A stretch of DNA of 64,000 nt from Macrostomum hystrix (Eukaryota > Animalia > Platyhelminthes): positions 1,025,043 to 1,089,042 of the forward strand of contig CATNEN010000028.1 of assembly GCA_950097015.1 (NCBI GenBank), in the 5' to 3' direction. This document shows positions 25,086 to 36,579 of the stretch, piece after piece (within the stretch, counting starts at the first letter, position 1; each line of letters begins with the position of its first letter). A model generated the notes under the pieces. It searched no databases. It had not been told where the DNA came from and saw only the letters and a list, made by a program, of their open reading frames with translations. The translations under genes were made by a program, and so were the position numbers.

Positions 25086-28000
25086 TCTTGCAACACTTTT
25101 TATACTTAAGAACGAAATTGTGTACTTTTTTCTTGATCTGAAGAACTCGAGTTTCTGGTCTGGTCCTTTTGTAAACGTTGCTAAATATAGCATTTATCAT
25201 GCAATGAATAAATTGAGGCTATAAAATAATTATATTATTATATTTTTTCGCGACGAAATTGTAAATCAAAGCTAATAAATAATTTCGGGTTTAGAATCTC
25301 GCTTTACAACATTTTTTTGAAATTGAAAGCCAACTCAGCAACTAATTAGCTTTGATGGCTTCTAGAAACATTGCTCGATTCACAATATTTACGACTAGAG
25401 GCAAAGATGTCTTTAATAAAGACGACCGTGTGGCTCTTCAATTCACCTGTGGCACTAATGGAAATTCTCGATCAAGCCTAAGCTTTGAACACGGTGAAAG
25501 GAAGTGCGCCTCGAGATATATGTCACTGGGTTTACCGCAAAATGGCTATAATCTTATCATAAAACCACAAATTGATCCATTTGATTGTAATACGATCGTA
25601 ATTGTACTAATAACGCACTGTTCATCCCTCTGTGTTTCAATACAAACTGGCTTAATTGTCTATCCAAGTAATTACCTTTACTGAATTATAACGAATAAGC
25701 TTCAAGCATGTATATTCAGTCACGTTGTTGAAAAAAAGACGCAAAATTTAAACAAAGACGACAGAAGGGAGGCAGAGACAGTGCAATGCAAAATTGAACG
25801 AGACTCTCGTAACCATAATTCGCGTACTAAGTGCACGAGTGGCTGTGCAGCTTCATATTCTGGTGCGCATATTCAAATGAAATGTTTCTCAAACAAAAAT
25901 TTGGACTGGTAAATGTAAGATAAAGTAAGAGTTTTAATCCAGGAGGGATCCACGCTTTATTCGATGCTTTAATTAGATTGAAAGAAAAAAATGCTAAATT
26001 ATGCAGGAAACATGCACGAGATGAAGAAGGGGAACAAATTACGACATCTAGGCCTACATTTCGATCCACCTAAGCTATAGTTTTTGGACACTAAATTCAT
26101 AACAGCTATTGGGTCTATAAGCCCTGAAAGTCTGTCTGACTAAATATCAGAACCCATGAAAAACGAGCATTATATATGTTATTGCTCAGTACAGTGTTTC
26201 AAGATCAGAATAAGAGTTGCAAGCACAATTTTAAAGTGTTTAAATGCATACATACGTATTGCATGTCAAAAATTAAACGAGTGCACATATGCATATTATG
26301 TATGTGTGAACTTATTGGACGCGACCCAAACGGGAGAGAATATGCAGGCGGGGAGCGGTGATATCGATCCCACTTTTAAACTTAAGTGCATGGCAATTGA
26401 CTTAAAGTAGAGGTTGGGAACAGACAAAACCCTTTAGCTTTTCAGATCACTATAACCTTGTCTGTATATACATGCACTTCTGAGCAGATTGCACTATCCA
26501 AACACACAAAAAGTTAATTTCAACGTCCAAATTAAGCGAAGTCTTCGATACCAGAATTAACTAAAGAAACTAGGACGCAAAACAACAGCTAAGCAGTCAA
26601 AAAAGTGCACTTGATATTTTAAATCACATAGTAGTTTTCTTTTTTGCAAAAGCTGACCTGCATAGTTTTACGAAATCAACGGATTGGATTTAAAGGTTAA
26701 AACAAAGTTATCCATAGGTTTTATTAAATCAGAGTTTTAACAGGGCAATTTTGTATATCTCGAAAATTAAAAAGTTATTGTGCATTTTTTTATATTGGAT
26801 ATTGTAATCATTGTTATATGTTTTATAAAGCGTAAACTATTTAGGAAAATATATTTTCCTAAGAAATGCCATTGTTTTAGCAAACAAGCCGCATAGCAAA
26901 CAAGCACATAAAATTAAGTTAGTACATTAAGGCCCAGCTATAATTTTCACTCCGTAACAATACATAGTCGTTTTAATATCGATTTTTCTTTTCGGTTATG
27001 GTTATATTGTATATTTCAAACTATGGACGTATTACCTATAAACTGATAATGTCTTAACCCAAGTCCCAATCAGCTGTCCTAATAGTTGACTTTTGGGCGT
27101 ATAAGAATTGCTTATTGTTTAGGTTTCTATACTATAACTAATACTTTACTACTTTACTATTTTACTCTACTACATAAGTCCATTTATCGACATTCGTGAA
27201 TTGCCTTGCCAGATGCAATAATGCCTGCTAGCAATAATGCCTACACTAGCTGACTAGCTCCAGCTCCAGTTTATAATAATTGAGGCTCAATCACAATTTT
27301 GCCCAGTGCCTTCAGTCAAAGTCAGGACTGTAGGCACTGTGCAGAGCCGTGCAACTGGCAGAAACTAATCTCTTCCACCTTGGCTTGAATCTTAGCAACT
27401 GCATGAGGTTGCACTCAAAGACTAATGGGTCTTATATGTTTCACTTGCTCAGAAGAGCATTGCACAAACAATAGAGTTGATCAATAAAATAATTGGGCAG
27501 TCTGACTTTGTGGCAGGTAGTCAACCAACAGCACACCACACATGCCTATTTCAAAACTCACATTGCAAATGACACTCTGTGTGTCTAGGCCAACAGTCTC
27601 TTTAAATTTCTAGGAGAGTTTAAGTATTTAGAGCTCAATCTCTAAAATATTTTTGGTCGAAAGATTTTGTCACTTTTTGACTCAATTTTAAATGGTTTAT
27701 GCAACTCATTAAGGTTGAATCTTGCTTTATCTCTCTTGCAGGTAGCTATGGTAGAGTTGTCTACTCAGCAGTCAATGAAACATTTTGTCTATGGCCTGGC
27801 CAGGTTAAACATATATTTTCAGCCTAATCAGATGCAATTTGCACTTAGGACAAGCAATAGTCTGGAGACTTTTGCAGCACCCTTTATATTATATATTTGT
27901 TTAGCTTTTCTGATAGTCTCCTAATTTTTGTTGTAGATCAGAGATAACAGAAATATATATTAATGTTAATTTTACTAGCTAGCTATTTGCAACATTAGTA

Positions 28001-28448
28001 GGTGAAGAACAGTTACCATTCTAATATTAATTTATCTCCACCAAAGCCATTGATCTCATATTAAGTATGTCAACTATAAACAATAATATTGTACTATATT
28101 GCATATTGTAAGTATTAAAAAATACATAGGACATCAAAACAAGGATTGAAATTTCCTAAAATATTATGTGTCTAATAAAGTTATATTTTGTCAGATCATT
28201 CGATTTTTTATTAAAGCTAACTAGCATAGCTACTAGTTACTAGTTAGGTCTAACTAGGCAGTCTGTTTTAAGGCAATATTGGCCTGATTTTTGCCTGGCT
28301 TTACTTTATAAAACTATTTTCACTTTCAACTTAATAAAGGTAGCTTTTTATTACCAATTGCACTATCAAAGTATTATTTTTTGTATTCTAACAACCAATT
28401 TTTTGTCCTATAATTTTCAGTGAGCTACCTCATACACTGATTCTAAGC

Positions 28449-28549
28449 ATGGGTGTGCATCCGGCAGTGCTCTATTCTCCAGCTGGCATCCTTGTTGGAG
28501 CCTTTATTGTGTCAGGCCTATATTACATGCTTACTGGACAGGGCTACAG
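28449..28549 (+). CDS. ATP6V0B: V-type ATPase 21-kDa proteolipid subunit c'', exon 1
   Basis: MGVHPAVLYSPAGILVGAFIVSGLYYMLTGQGYR, donor AG|gtgaat; aligns with the c'' N-terminal TM (LLYS...G.R). Confidence 0.85.
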
Positions 28550-28682
28550 GTGAATTTTGGTTTATTGATTTTTAAGTTTAATTTAAATAAAAGTCCATAA
28601 AGAGAATATTATCCAAAATACTTAGATTTTTTTTAAATATAGAAATCTCACTCGCAATAATATCCTTTTTTCTCCCTGGCTG

Positions 28683-28959
28683 GTATGACATCGGCGCCGT
28701 TATCGAAGGCTTCTCGCCCTACCTGTGGGCCAACATCGGCGTTGGCATCGGCATCTCCCTGTCTGTGCTGGGCGCGGCTATCGGCATCTACACCACTGGC
28801 GCCAGCATTCTGGGCGGCGGTGTTAAAGCGCCGAGAATTCGCACCAAGAATCTCATTAGCATCATCTTCTGTGAGGCCGTGGCCATCTACGGCATCATTA
28901 TGGCCATCGTCATCTCCACCTCGGTGGTGCACTTTGATGAGGCAACCGCGTCAGCGGAG
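28683..28959 (+). CDS. ATP6V0B: ATP6V0B exon 2 (5' boundary uncertain: TG at 28681-82 or in-frame AG at 28624-25)
   Basis: [78 protein letters not shown], with the conserved Glu in CEAVAIY. Ends at a GC donor GAG|gcaagg. Confidence 0.93.
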
Positions 28960-29019
28960 GCAAGGAATTGTATATTTCTCTTCCATAATCTCTTCTCGTC
29001 TCATATCTCTTTTTATCCT

Positions 29020-29230
29020 ATTTATTCCTTCCTATCCCCGATTCCCCTATCTCTATTCCCAACTCCCATCTATCTTCTCATCCCTTATCTCTCTTCCCAT
29101 CCTTTATCTCTCTCCTTCCGTTCCTTATCTCTCTTCCCATCCCCTATCTCTCCTCCCGTTCCTTATCTCTCTTCCACTTATCTCTTATCACTTATCCCTT
29201 ATCTCTCCTCATATTCCCCTCTTCTTTGTC
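29020..29230 (+). repeat. Degenerate pyrimidine-rich repeat (CCTTATCTCTCTTCCC...) in ATP6V0B intron 2
   Basis: CTTATCTCTC recurs about every 20-23 bp. Confidence 0.75.
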
Positions 29231-29308
29231 TCTTCCTTTACCGATTTCTGTCTATTATACTCGTAAAAGCACTCAGATTACAAGACAGGTTGCGCAACCG
29301 ATTGGCAG

Positions 29309-29554
29309 ATTCTGCGCAAAAACTACACAGCCGGCTATTCGTTCTTCGCAGCCGGTCTAACCGTCGGCTTCTGTAACCTGTTCTGCGGCATCTGCGTCGG
29401 CGTTGTCGGCTCCGGCGCCGCTTTGGCCGACGCCCAGAATCCGGCTCTGTTTGTTAAAATCCTGATCGTAGAAATCTTTGCTAGCGCCATCGGACTATTT
29501 GGCGTGATTGTGGCCATCCTGCAGACTGCAAATGTTCGAATGGGCGATAAATAA
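29309..29554 (+). CDS. ATP6V0B: ATP6V0B exon 3 (total ~207 aa)
   Basis: ggcag|[81 protein letters not shown]. Confidence 0.96.
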   Translation: MLRKNYTAGYSFFAAGLTVGFCNLFCGICVGVVGSGAALADAQNPALFVKILIVEIFASAIGLFGVIVAILQTANVRMGDK

Positions 29555-30469
29555 TGTGGCTTAGGTTGTTCGGACTGTGCATAATGCGGTTAAGTAAACT
29601 GCGGGAGCAACTATCCTTGTTTTTTTTAAGTCAGATGCCTTGTCATCTAATTAGGATTCTCGAGTAATGTTTAACTACGCATAGAAAAAATAGAAATGAA
29701 ATATACTTTATTTTGAGAATATCCACTGCCAGTAGTACATGAGTAGATGAGTACATGAGTAGTTAGTGATGAATGAAGTATATATTAAACATAGCCAGTA
29801 CATAATTAATGGACTTATACATTGTTAACTTTACCTTGTTCAATAGTTCTACTAGTATAAGATCACGCTATTGAATTAGCATTGATTAGTTTGCGATTAA
29901 TAAAGTAGTATCAAGCGAATATGCATATATTTTTTTGCTTTGTTTTTCTTCACTCTCAGATTCCATTTTATTAGTCAGCAGTAGTAGGACTTTTGTTGTG
30001 CTAGAAAATTGTCTCTTAATTTGGTTTTATTCGTTAATTTAATCGTGATTAAAACTCCCTAAATAAATTAATTGTTGTTTAGTTTTAGCTATGACATATT
30101 GTTATCGTGTTCAATAATTATCCTGATAATCAATCAACTATTAATTGTGACATATTGTTGAACATTTTTCGCTTTAAGAGATTAACATAAAAACCTAAGC
30201 ATAATGTGTTCATATTAACTTGTGTTAAATAAAAGTTCAAGCTAATCTTAAGTGTCGCATATATCCCCTACGTCATCTGCTCTCACTCACTATATCTTTT
30301 TTGAGCAATTAAAAATATACAAAAATTTGGCAAGTAAAGTATATAATCATTGAAATCTGCACTGATTTTAATAATTAATTGATTAAATTTTGAGTTTTCC
30401 TTTTTGTTGATTTGCTAGAATGTTTTGCCTAGAATGTCAAAATTGTTTCATTCAAAATTCATCCTGTCC

Positions 30470-31770
30470 CTACATAGAATCTCATCATGTAAGATTCATC
30501 TCATAGAATCTCATCCTGTCTATGTAGTCTCATAGCATCTCATCCTGTCCCTACATAGAATCTCATCATGTAAGATTCATCTCATAGAATCTCATCCTGT
30601 CTATGTAGTCTCATAGCATCTCATCCAGTCTCTACATAGAATCTCATCCTGTCTATGTAGTCTCATAGCATCTCATCCAGTCTCTACATAGAATCTCATC
30701 CTGTCTATGTAGTCTCATAGCATCTCATCCAGTCTCTACATAGAATCTCATCCTGTCTATGTAGTCTCATAGAATCTCATCCTGTCTATGTAGTCTCATA
30801 GAATATCATCCTGTCTATGTAGTCTCATAGAATCTCACCCTGCCTCTTCATAGGATCTCATCCTGTCTCTTCATAGGATCTCATCCTGTCTCTACATAGA
30901 ATCTCATCCTGTCTATGTAGTCTCATAGAATCTCATCCTGTCTATGTAGTCTCATAGAATCTCATCCTGTCTATGTAGTCTCATAGAATCTCATCCTGTC
31001 TATGTAGTCTCATAGAATCTCATCCTGTCTATGTAGTCTCATAGAATCTCATCCTGTCTATGTAGTCTCATAGAATCTCATCCTGTCTATGTAGTCTCAT
31101 AGAATCTCATCCTGTCTATGTAGTCTCATAGAATCTCATCCTGTCTATGTAGTCTCATAGAATCTCATCCTGTCTATGTAGTCTCATAGAATCTCATCCT
31201 GTCTATGTAGTCTCATAGAATCTCATCCAGTCTCTACATAGAATCTCATCCTGTCTATGTAGTCTCATAGAATCTCATCCTGTCTATGTAGTCTCATAGA
31301 ATCTCACCCTGCCTCTTCATAGAATCTCACCCTGCCTCTTCATAGAATCTCATCCTGTCTCTTCATAGGATCTCATCCTGTGAGATTCATCTCATAGAAT
31401 CTCATCCTGTCTCTACATAGAATCTCATCCTGTCTCTTCATAGGATCTCATCCTGCCTCTTCATAGGATCTCACCCTGTCTCTTCATAGGTTCTCACCCT
31501 GTCTCTTCATAGGTTCTCATCCTGTCTCTTCATAGGATCTCATCCTGTCTCTACATAGAATCTCATCCTGTCTCTTCATAGGATCTCATCCTGCTTCTTC
31601 ATAGGATCCCACCCTGTCTCTTCATAGAATCTCATCCTGTCTCTTCATAGGATCTCATCCTGTCTCTTCATAGAATCTCATCCTGTCTCTTCATAGGATC
31701 TCATCCTGTCTCTTCATAGGATCTCATCCTGTCTCTTCATAGGATCTCATCCTGTATCTACATGAAATCT
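30470..31770 (+). repeat. Minisatellite with 29-bp (CATAGAATCTCATCCTGTCTATGTAGTCT) and 23-bp (CATAG(A/G)ATCTCATCCTGTCTCTT) units
   Basis: Direct reading. Confidence 0.95.
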
Positions 31771-31917
31771 CATTCTGTCTTCGAAGAATATCATCTACTC
31801 TTCATTAAAGCTTTTTACTGTCTCAATTGAATGTAAATTAAAAAAGTTTAGCCTAGTGAATTAGTTAACAATTGTCTTACTCTTATTGCGCTAAATCTAA
31901 TAATTTATTCTCAGCCA

Positions 31918-31992
31918 ATGTCAACCGAAGCGAATCAAGAATCCGGCGCGGCGGCTAGCGGCGAAGCTGAGAACTCCGGAGAGGTTGCGACT

Positions 31993-32041
<49 letters not shown>

Positions 32042-32354
32042 CAAGTGACAAATGGCTGGTGGCCTTGAAGGACCCTACACCGGGCCTGAACACACTCAGC
32101 CAGTGCATGACCCTGACCGATGTCTCCGGCGACGGCGAGAATCGTCTAGTCGTGGCCGATCTAGGCGACACTCGGACCAACATGCGACTGCGGGTGTACA
32201 AAGGCACCGCTTTGGCCATGGAAAACACCATCATCGACCTGCCAGTTGGCGTGGCCGCATTCTATTTGGACACTAACACGCCCCGGTCTCCCGCTGTGGC
32301 TGTGGCATCCGGACCCAGTGTGTTTATCTATAAGAATATGCGACCCTACTATCG
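31918..32354 (+). CDS. BBS1: Bardet-Biedl syndrome 1 (BBSome subunit), exon 1, with an N-terminal polyQ tract
   Basis: DVSGDGENRLVVADLG, LRVYKG, PAVAVASGPSVFIYKNMRPYY match BBS1; donor CG|gtgagc. Confidence 0.95.
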
Positions 32355-32409
32355 GTGAGCTGCCTCTGGAGCCGGCAGTGGAAGGCGAGGGAAATGTGCA
32401 GATTGTGGG

Positions 32410-32672
32410 GTAGAAGTGGATAACGTAGGGATAGAAGTGGATAACGTAGGGATAGAAGTGGATAACGTAGGGATAGAAGTGGATAACGTAGGGATAGAAG
32501 TGGATAACGTAGGGATAGAAGTGGATAACGTAGGGATAGAAGTGGATAACGTAGGGATAGAAGTGGATAACGTAGGGATAGAAGTGGATAACGTAGGGAT
32601 AGAAGTGGATAACGTAGGGATAGAAGTGGATAACGTAGGGATAGAAGTGGATAACGTAGGGATAGAAGTGGT
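32410..32672 (+). repeat. 21-bp minisatellite (TAGAAGTGGATAACGTAGGGA), ~12.5 near-perfect copies, BBS1 intron 1
   Basis: Direct reading. Confidence 0.97.
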
Positions 32673-32744
32673 AAGGTTGGACTGGACTAGCTGCTGTAGA
32701 ACATCGTAGAGGATAATTTTCCCAGCGGACCAAATTCTGGCCAG

Positions 32745-33226
32745 GTTCACCCTGCCGCCGCTGGACCTGCACCCGTTGGAGGAAGAAATCTGGGCGGCGG
32801 CGCGCGAAGGCCGCGCCACGGCTCTCCAGGTGCGGGGCATTGTTGAGGACTTGCGCAATCAGGGCGCTGACATCACGGCCCGCTCCCAGCGCCTCCTAGC
32901 CCTGCACCCAGACCAGCTTCAAGAGTTTGTCGACATCTACAAGATGGCGCCGCTTAAACGCTTGAGCGTGGTGACGGCTTTGGACACGCTGAAGAAGTCT
33001 CACAGCGAAGACGACGCCATCAGCTGCCTGGTGATGGGCACCGAGGCTTGCCAAGTTCAGGTGCTGGATCCGCAAGCTTTCACTGTGCTTGCCAAGATGC
33101 AACTGCCAGCTGCGCCTGTGTTTCTGTGCTCATCTGGCCTGTTCGATGTGGATTATCGCATTGTGGTGGCCTGCCGGGATGGCGTTATCTATCAGCTCAG
33201 ACGCGGCGCTAAGGAGGCCACTCAGG
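32745..33226 (+). CDS. BBS1: BBS1 exon 2
   Basis: ggccag|G TTC ACC; FTLPPLDLHPLEEEIW, TLKKSHSEDDAISCLVMGTE, VLDPQAFTVLAKMQLP, SGLFDVDYRI; donor CAG G|gtttgt. Confidence 0.96.
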
Positions 33227-33239
33227 GTTTGTGCACTGA

Positions 33240-33895
33240 TTTTCCAGGAATCCTTCATAGTCACTTCAGGAATCTTTCATAGTGACTTCAGGAATCTTTC
33301 ATAGTGACTTCAGGAATCTTTCATAGTGACTTCAGGAATCTTTCATAGTGACTTCAGGAATCTTTCATAGTGACTTCAGGAATCTTTCATAGTGACTTCA
33401 GGAATCATAAATAGTGACTTCAGGGAATCCATTATGATGACTTCAGGGAATCCATTATGATGACTTCAGGAAATCCTACATGATGACTTCAGGAATCTTA
33501 AATAGTGACTTCAGGAATCCTACATGATGACTTCAGGGAATCCATTATGATGACTTGAGGGAATCCTTCATGATGACTTCAGGGAATCCTACATGATGAC
33601 TTCAGGGAATCCATTATGATGACTTGAGGGAATCCTTCATGATGACTTCAGGGAATCCTACATGATGACTTCAGGGAATCCTACATGATGACTTCAGGGA
33701 ATCCTACATGATGACTTCAGGGAATCCATCATGATGACTTGAGGGAATCCTTCATGATGACTTCAGGGAATCCATTTTGATGACTTCAGGGAATCCTACA
33801 TGATGACTTCAGGGAATCCTACATTATGACTTCAGTGAATCCTTTATGATGATTTCAGGGAATCCTACATGATGACTTCAGTGAATCCTTTATAC
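33240..33895 (+). repeat. 22/23-bp minisatellite (CATAGTGACTTCAGGAATCTTT grading to CATGATGACTTCAGGGAATCCTA), BBS1 intron 2
   Basis: Direct reading. Confidence 0.93.
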
Positions 33896-33975
33896 TCGTA
33901 GTTACTTCAGGGAACTTATAGTGTTAAACCAGCAAGACCCCTAACAACTAGTTCATCTCCAACCCGCTTGTCCAG

Positions 33976-34733
33976 GCATTCGCCTGCGCGCCTCAGCGGT
34001 CGGCATGATCCGGGTCGATAAGCACATTGTGGTGGCCACAATGGACCGTCAGCTGTCCGGCTATTCAACCAAAGGCAAGGAGCTCTGGCGGGTCAGCCTG
34101 CCAGCTGGCGTGACCTCCTTGGCGCCACTCAGCCTGCCATCGAAAGGCTTCAACGCCGCCCTCGTAGCCATGGACAATTCCACTGTGGCCGTGTACAAGG
34201 ACAAGCACGAAGTTGATCGCCTAACAACCGAGGATGTCGTCACCGGCCTAAGATTCGGTCGCTACGGTCGCGAAGACGCCACCCTGGTGACGGTGGGCAG
34301 GTCCGGCGGCTTGGCGATCTACATTCTGAAACGCGGCGCCAAATTCGCCGACGGTCCCGGAGGCGCCGGCGGTCCCCCGGCCAAGCAATTCAGCCGGCTG
34401 CCGCTGCCAAAGAAGACCCGGCTGTTTGTTGACCAGACCCTGCGGGAGCGCGACTGCGCCGTTGCTATGCACCGGCAGTTCCTGCACGACCTGTACAGGC
34501 TGCGCCTCATGACCGCTGAGAACTATGTGCAGGCCCTGGAGACCAAGGCCAGTCCTGTTAGCGCCAGTCGCGAGGATCCAATTAAACTGGCCTGCACTGT
34601 GCAGGGTGTGGGGCCCGTGTTCCGGCTGACTGTGGGCCTGCAGAATGCCAGCCTGACAGCGGCTGTGGCCGGCATGGGCATCGCGTTCGCCTACGATGGC
34701 TCATTGTACCGTCTGGAGAGGGTCTACATTGCG
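33976..34733 (+). CDS. BBS1: BBS1 exon 3
   Basis: tccag|GC ATT; FGRYGREDATLV, LPKKTRLFVDQTLRERD, MHRQFLHDLYRLRL, VQGVGPVFRL; donor GCG|gtcagt. Confidence 0.97.
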
Positions 34734-34903
34734 GTCAGTTGCTGGGCTGGGTGGGGTATGACATCGCCTGTGATTGGAAATGCTGACTACTGAGCACACA
34801 CTTGCACACTGAGCCTTAGGGGTAGGGCCTCGTGGGCGCAAATTGTACGACAAACACCCAAGCCTTCTGTAAAGTAGATTGTTTAAGATTCGATATTATT
34901 ATT

Positions 34904-35260
34904 GACGTGAGTGGCTGAGCGGTCTAACGCGTTTGCCTCTCGCACCAAGGTTTCTGAGCTCGATTCCGCGGCGAGGCCACATTCATTTGTGGCTTGCGGG
35001 CTTGTCGTGAAATTTACGCCCTTGAGGGCCAACCTCCAAGGCACAGTGAGTGTGACTGCTCGACGATGAGAAAGTCAGGGCAGATGTACACACCTGAGTA
35101 TGCTGTGTTCCTGTGTACAGTATCTGTGTGCGTGTGTGCTCAGGAGTCAGCGAAATGGGCAGAATTGCCTCCTCGCTGGCTGCGAGTCTAGTGTCATCAA
35201 ATGGTGCGCCATTTGCCCATTTAGCATTGCCCGCAGCCCTCCTGCAATTATTATTATTAT
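34904..35260 (+). mobile_element. Full-length tRNA-derived SINE, family A, BBS1 intron 3
   Basis: A box TGGCTGAGCGG, B-box-like GCTCGATTCC, a conserved body and an (ATT)n tail. Related copies at 5641, 51860 and 54635. Confidence 0.9.
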
Positions 35261-35315
35261 ATTGTGGTGAATTATATATTTTCACGCACATAGCCTGTAC
35301 TCACCCACTCTGCAG

Positions 35316-35486
35316 GTTCCCTACATGGTGCCTGGCGTGACATACAATTTCTCAACCATAGTTGAGTGCCTCTCGGACAAGGGCATCTCGGACGCCATCA
35401 AGGTGTACATTCTGAAGCGCGGCAACGACTCTCCCCTAGTCACCGGCGTTGTTAACATGCCTGTTAGCGAGTCGTTTGTTGTGTAA
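35316..35486 (+). CDS. BBS1: BBS1 exon 4 (total ~615 aa)
   Basis: ctgcag|VPYMVPGVTYNFSTIVECLSDKGISDAIKVYILKRGNDSPLVTGVVNMPVSESFVV*. Confidence 0.95.
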   Translation, partial: VPYMVPGVTYNFSTIVECLSDKGISDAIKVYILKRGNDSPLVTGVVNMPVSESFVV

Positions 35487-35569
35487 ATCACTGCCAGCTA
35501 CAGGCTGAAGTGGGCTGCGTTTGCTGACTGCCTCATCTAGGAGCCGATTGGCTAGAATCCAGCGTTATT

Positions 35570-36165
35570 TGGGGCAGAATCCTGAAAGGTAGTGGGGTGG
35601 AATCCTGTAGCTATTGGGGTAGAATCCTTTAGGTAGTGGGGTAGAATCCTGTATGTAGTGGGGTAGAATCCTTTATGTAGTGGGTTAGAATCCAGTGATG
35701 ATTAGGGTAGAATCCTGTATGTAGTGGGGTAGAATCCTGTATGTAGTGGGGTAGAATCCTGTATGTACTGGGGTAGAATCCAGTGGTGAGTAGGGTAGAA
35801 TCCTGTAGGTAATGGGGTAGAATCCTGTGGGGAGTGGGGTATAATCCTGTATGTAGTGGGGTAGAATCCTGTATGTAGTGGGTTAGAATCCAGTGGTGCG
35901 TAGGGTAGAATCCTGTATGTAGTGGGGTAGAATCCTGTGGGGAGTGGGGTAGAATTCTGTATGTACTGGGGTAGAATCCAGTGGTGAGTAGGGTAGAATC
36001 CTGTAGGTAATGGGGTAGAATCCTGTGGTGAGTGGGGTAGAATCCTGTAGGTAGTGGGGTAGCATCTTGTAGTTAGTGGGGTAGAATCCTGTATGTAGTG
36101 GGGTAGAATCCTGAAGGTAGTGGGGTAGAACCTTGTTATTAGTTGGGTACAATCCTGTGGGGAGT
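35570..36165 (+). repeat. ~22-bp G-rich minisatellite (GTAGTGGGGTAGAATCCTGTAT) downstream of the BBS1 stop
   Basis: Direct reading. Confidence 0.92.
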
Positions 36166-36579
36166 GTGTTAGAAATGAATGTTAAGAAGTGACAGAGACC
36201 ATTACCATGGTGTAAAGAACCTTCATTTTTACTGGCTGTTATATCACAGAATGCTATCGACCGTCCAAGATTTTCTGAAGCACTTTGCGCACTCAAATTT
36301 CTGTTTTCTGCCTCTGTTTCTGTGATGTTTTCTATTTTGCAACTTAATTATTCTACTATAGTTTTAAATTTAGTAATAAACATTTCTTTCCGTCCAGACA
36401 GGTTTCCTTTATCGATTGTGTAATCTTTTGATTGATAAACCGCTTAACCAAACCGAATAAATACAAAACGTAGTGATTATAGTTCTTAATATTAAAACTT
36501 GCTCAGTTGAATAATTTATTATTGTTCTTTAAATGCTTGTTTTGTCTATACACTTGTTTAAAATAGTACAATAGTGGGA

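Noticed and set aside
25352-26410. Cluster of short + ORFs (two NKDDR motifs) as a decayed transposase
   Set aside because: No recognisable DDE, RT or Rep motif and no terminal repeats found; would need BLASTX support.
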